A stretch of 64,000 nt of DNA from Deinococcales bacterium (GTDB taxonomy: Bacteria > Deinococcota > Deinococci > Deinococcales > JAAFIG01), in the NCBI GenBank assembly GCA_013298595.1, contig JAAFIG010000016.1, positions 10,338 to 74,337 on the forward strand, given 5' to 3'. A program made the translations under genes and the position numbers. Every line of letters starts with the position of its first letter. Within the stretch, counting starts at the first letter, position 1. The notes under the pieces are model-generated. The model was not told the origin of the DNA. It saw nothing but the letters and a program-made list of their open reading frames with translations, and made no database searches. Positions 63,695-64,000 of the stretch are shown piece by piece.

Positions 63695-63798
63695 GTTAGG
63701 AACTCCCCGCCTTCGGCGACCCCCTCGTTAAGGGGGTTTAGGTAGTGCCAACCCCCTCAATGAGGGGATCCGCGATCCGCGCTGGGGGGAGTTCTAAC
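63695..63798. repeat. complex palindromic intergenic element with nested hairpins
   Basis: Outer arms are GTTAGGAACTCCCC (63695-63708) and GGGGAGTTCTAAC (63786-63798). Inner hairpins are CCCCC-TCGTTAA-GGGGG and CCCCTC-AATG-AGGGG. It also contains CCGCGATCCGCG. Confidence 0.6.
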
Positions 63799-63833
63799 CG
63801 CGCATGGTTTTCTATGTCCATCTCGAGGTTCTT

Positions 63834-64000
63834 ATGTTGGCACTCTTAAAAGACAATCCCTTACTGGTGCTTTTTCTCGTCTCGAGCCTAGGTTTTTTGC
63901 TGGGGCGGGTAAAAATCGCGGGGTTCTCTTTGGGAATTGCCGCTGTTTTATTTGTGGGTTTGGCTTTTGGCAGTTTGGATGCCGAATTAAAACTCCCTGA
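63834..64000 (+). CDS. YidE/YbjL (AspT-like) family transporter, N-terminal fragment
   Basis: Manual translation from ATG 63834 gives MLALLKDNPLLVLFLVSSLGFLLGRVKIAGFSLGIAAVLFVGLAFG..., typical of the first TM hairpin of this family. It runs off the right edge. Confidence 0.6.
   Translation, partial: MLALLKDNPLLVLFLVSSLGFLLGRVKIAGFSLGIAAVLFVGLAFGSLDAELKLP

Noticed and set aside
1-64000. CTCGAG excess as a cloning, linker or assembly artefact (XhoI sites)
   Set aside because: The sites lie inside long intact ORFs in all three phases without disrupting conserved protein motifs. They also occur in intergenic hairpins. An artefact would not be woven into coding sequence at about 7 per kb.
1-64000. 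CTCGAG as a Chi site for the AddAB enzyme, or as a DNA uptake signal sequence
   Set aside because: Chi sites are asymmetric and strand-skewed, and a palindrome cannot encode orientation. Uptake sequences are 9-12 nt and about 1 per kb. A 6-mer at this density has too little specificity. Neither idea fits what is seen.
1-64000. CRISPR arrays, rRNA genes, transposases, integrases, prophage genes
   Set aside because: No regularly spaced direct repeats, no rRNA-like sequence, and none of the translated ORFs shows transposase, integrase or phage hallmarks.

Overview
64-kb chromosomal window, roughly 50% GC by eye. It is densely packed with mostly housekeeping genes: about 60 CDS and one tRNA-Pro. 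I saw no rRNA, CRISPR array, transposase or integrase.

Recognisable content:
- DNA/RNA and translation: kptA, lepA, an addB-addA helicase-nuclease operon, uvrC.
- Cell envelope: PBP2 (mrdA), a FemAB-type transferase, an HtrA-like protease.
- Metabolism: hemW, glutaryl-CoA dehydrogenase, two tandem M29 aminopeptidases, potABC, an inositol monophosphatase, nucleoside hydrolase, PfkB kinase, Zn-ADH, GTP-PEPCK.
- A myo-inositol catabolic cluster: two iolG-like genes, iolD, iolE, iolC, iolB.
- A duplicated membrane-glycolipid locus: three GT28 MGDG-synthase-like genes, two CrtQ-like GT2 genes, two MprF-flippase-like UPF0104 genes.
- Regulators and odd proteins: an IrrE/ImmA-like metalloprotease, a SARP-NB-ARC-TPR regulator, and an LDH-like protein whose catalytic residues are all substituted.

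The strongest signal is not a gene. The 6-bp palindrome CTCGAG saturates the window at roughly one copy per 100-200 nt. It occurs in all three codon phases, on both gene orientations, and in intergenic DNA. By my partial manual counts this is about 30-fold or more above random expectation. It behaves like a highly iterated palindrome (HIP), analogous to cyanobacterial HIP1. I do not know this to be described for CTCGAG.

Secondary signals:
- An intergenic palindromic repeat family (consensus CGTAGGGGCGAGGCATGCCTCGCCCCTACG), including a MITE-like arrangement.
- A complex nested-hairpin element after pckG.
- A secreted phospholipase A2 split by a +1 frameshift.
- A PIN/small-ORF cassette.
- A small ORF with an in-frame TGA.
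- A near-identical tract between the GT28 paralogs that looks like gene conversion.

Lineage cannot be determined from the sequence alone; the gene content is compatible with a Chloroflexota- or Deinococcota-like organism (inference only). All coordinates and counts come from manual reading. Nothing was searched against databases.
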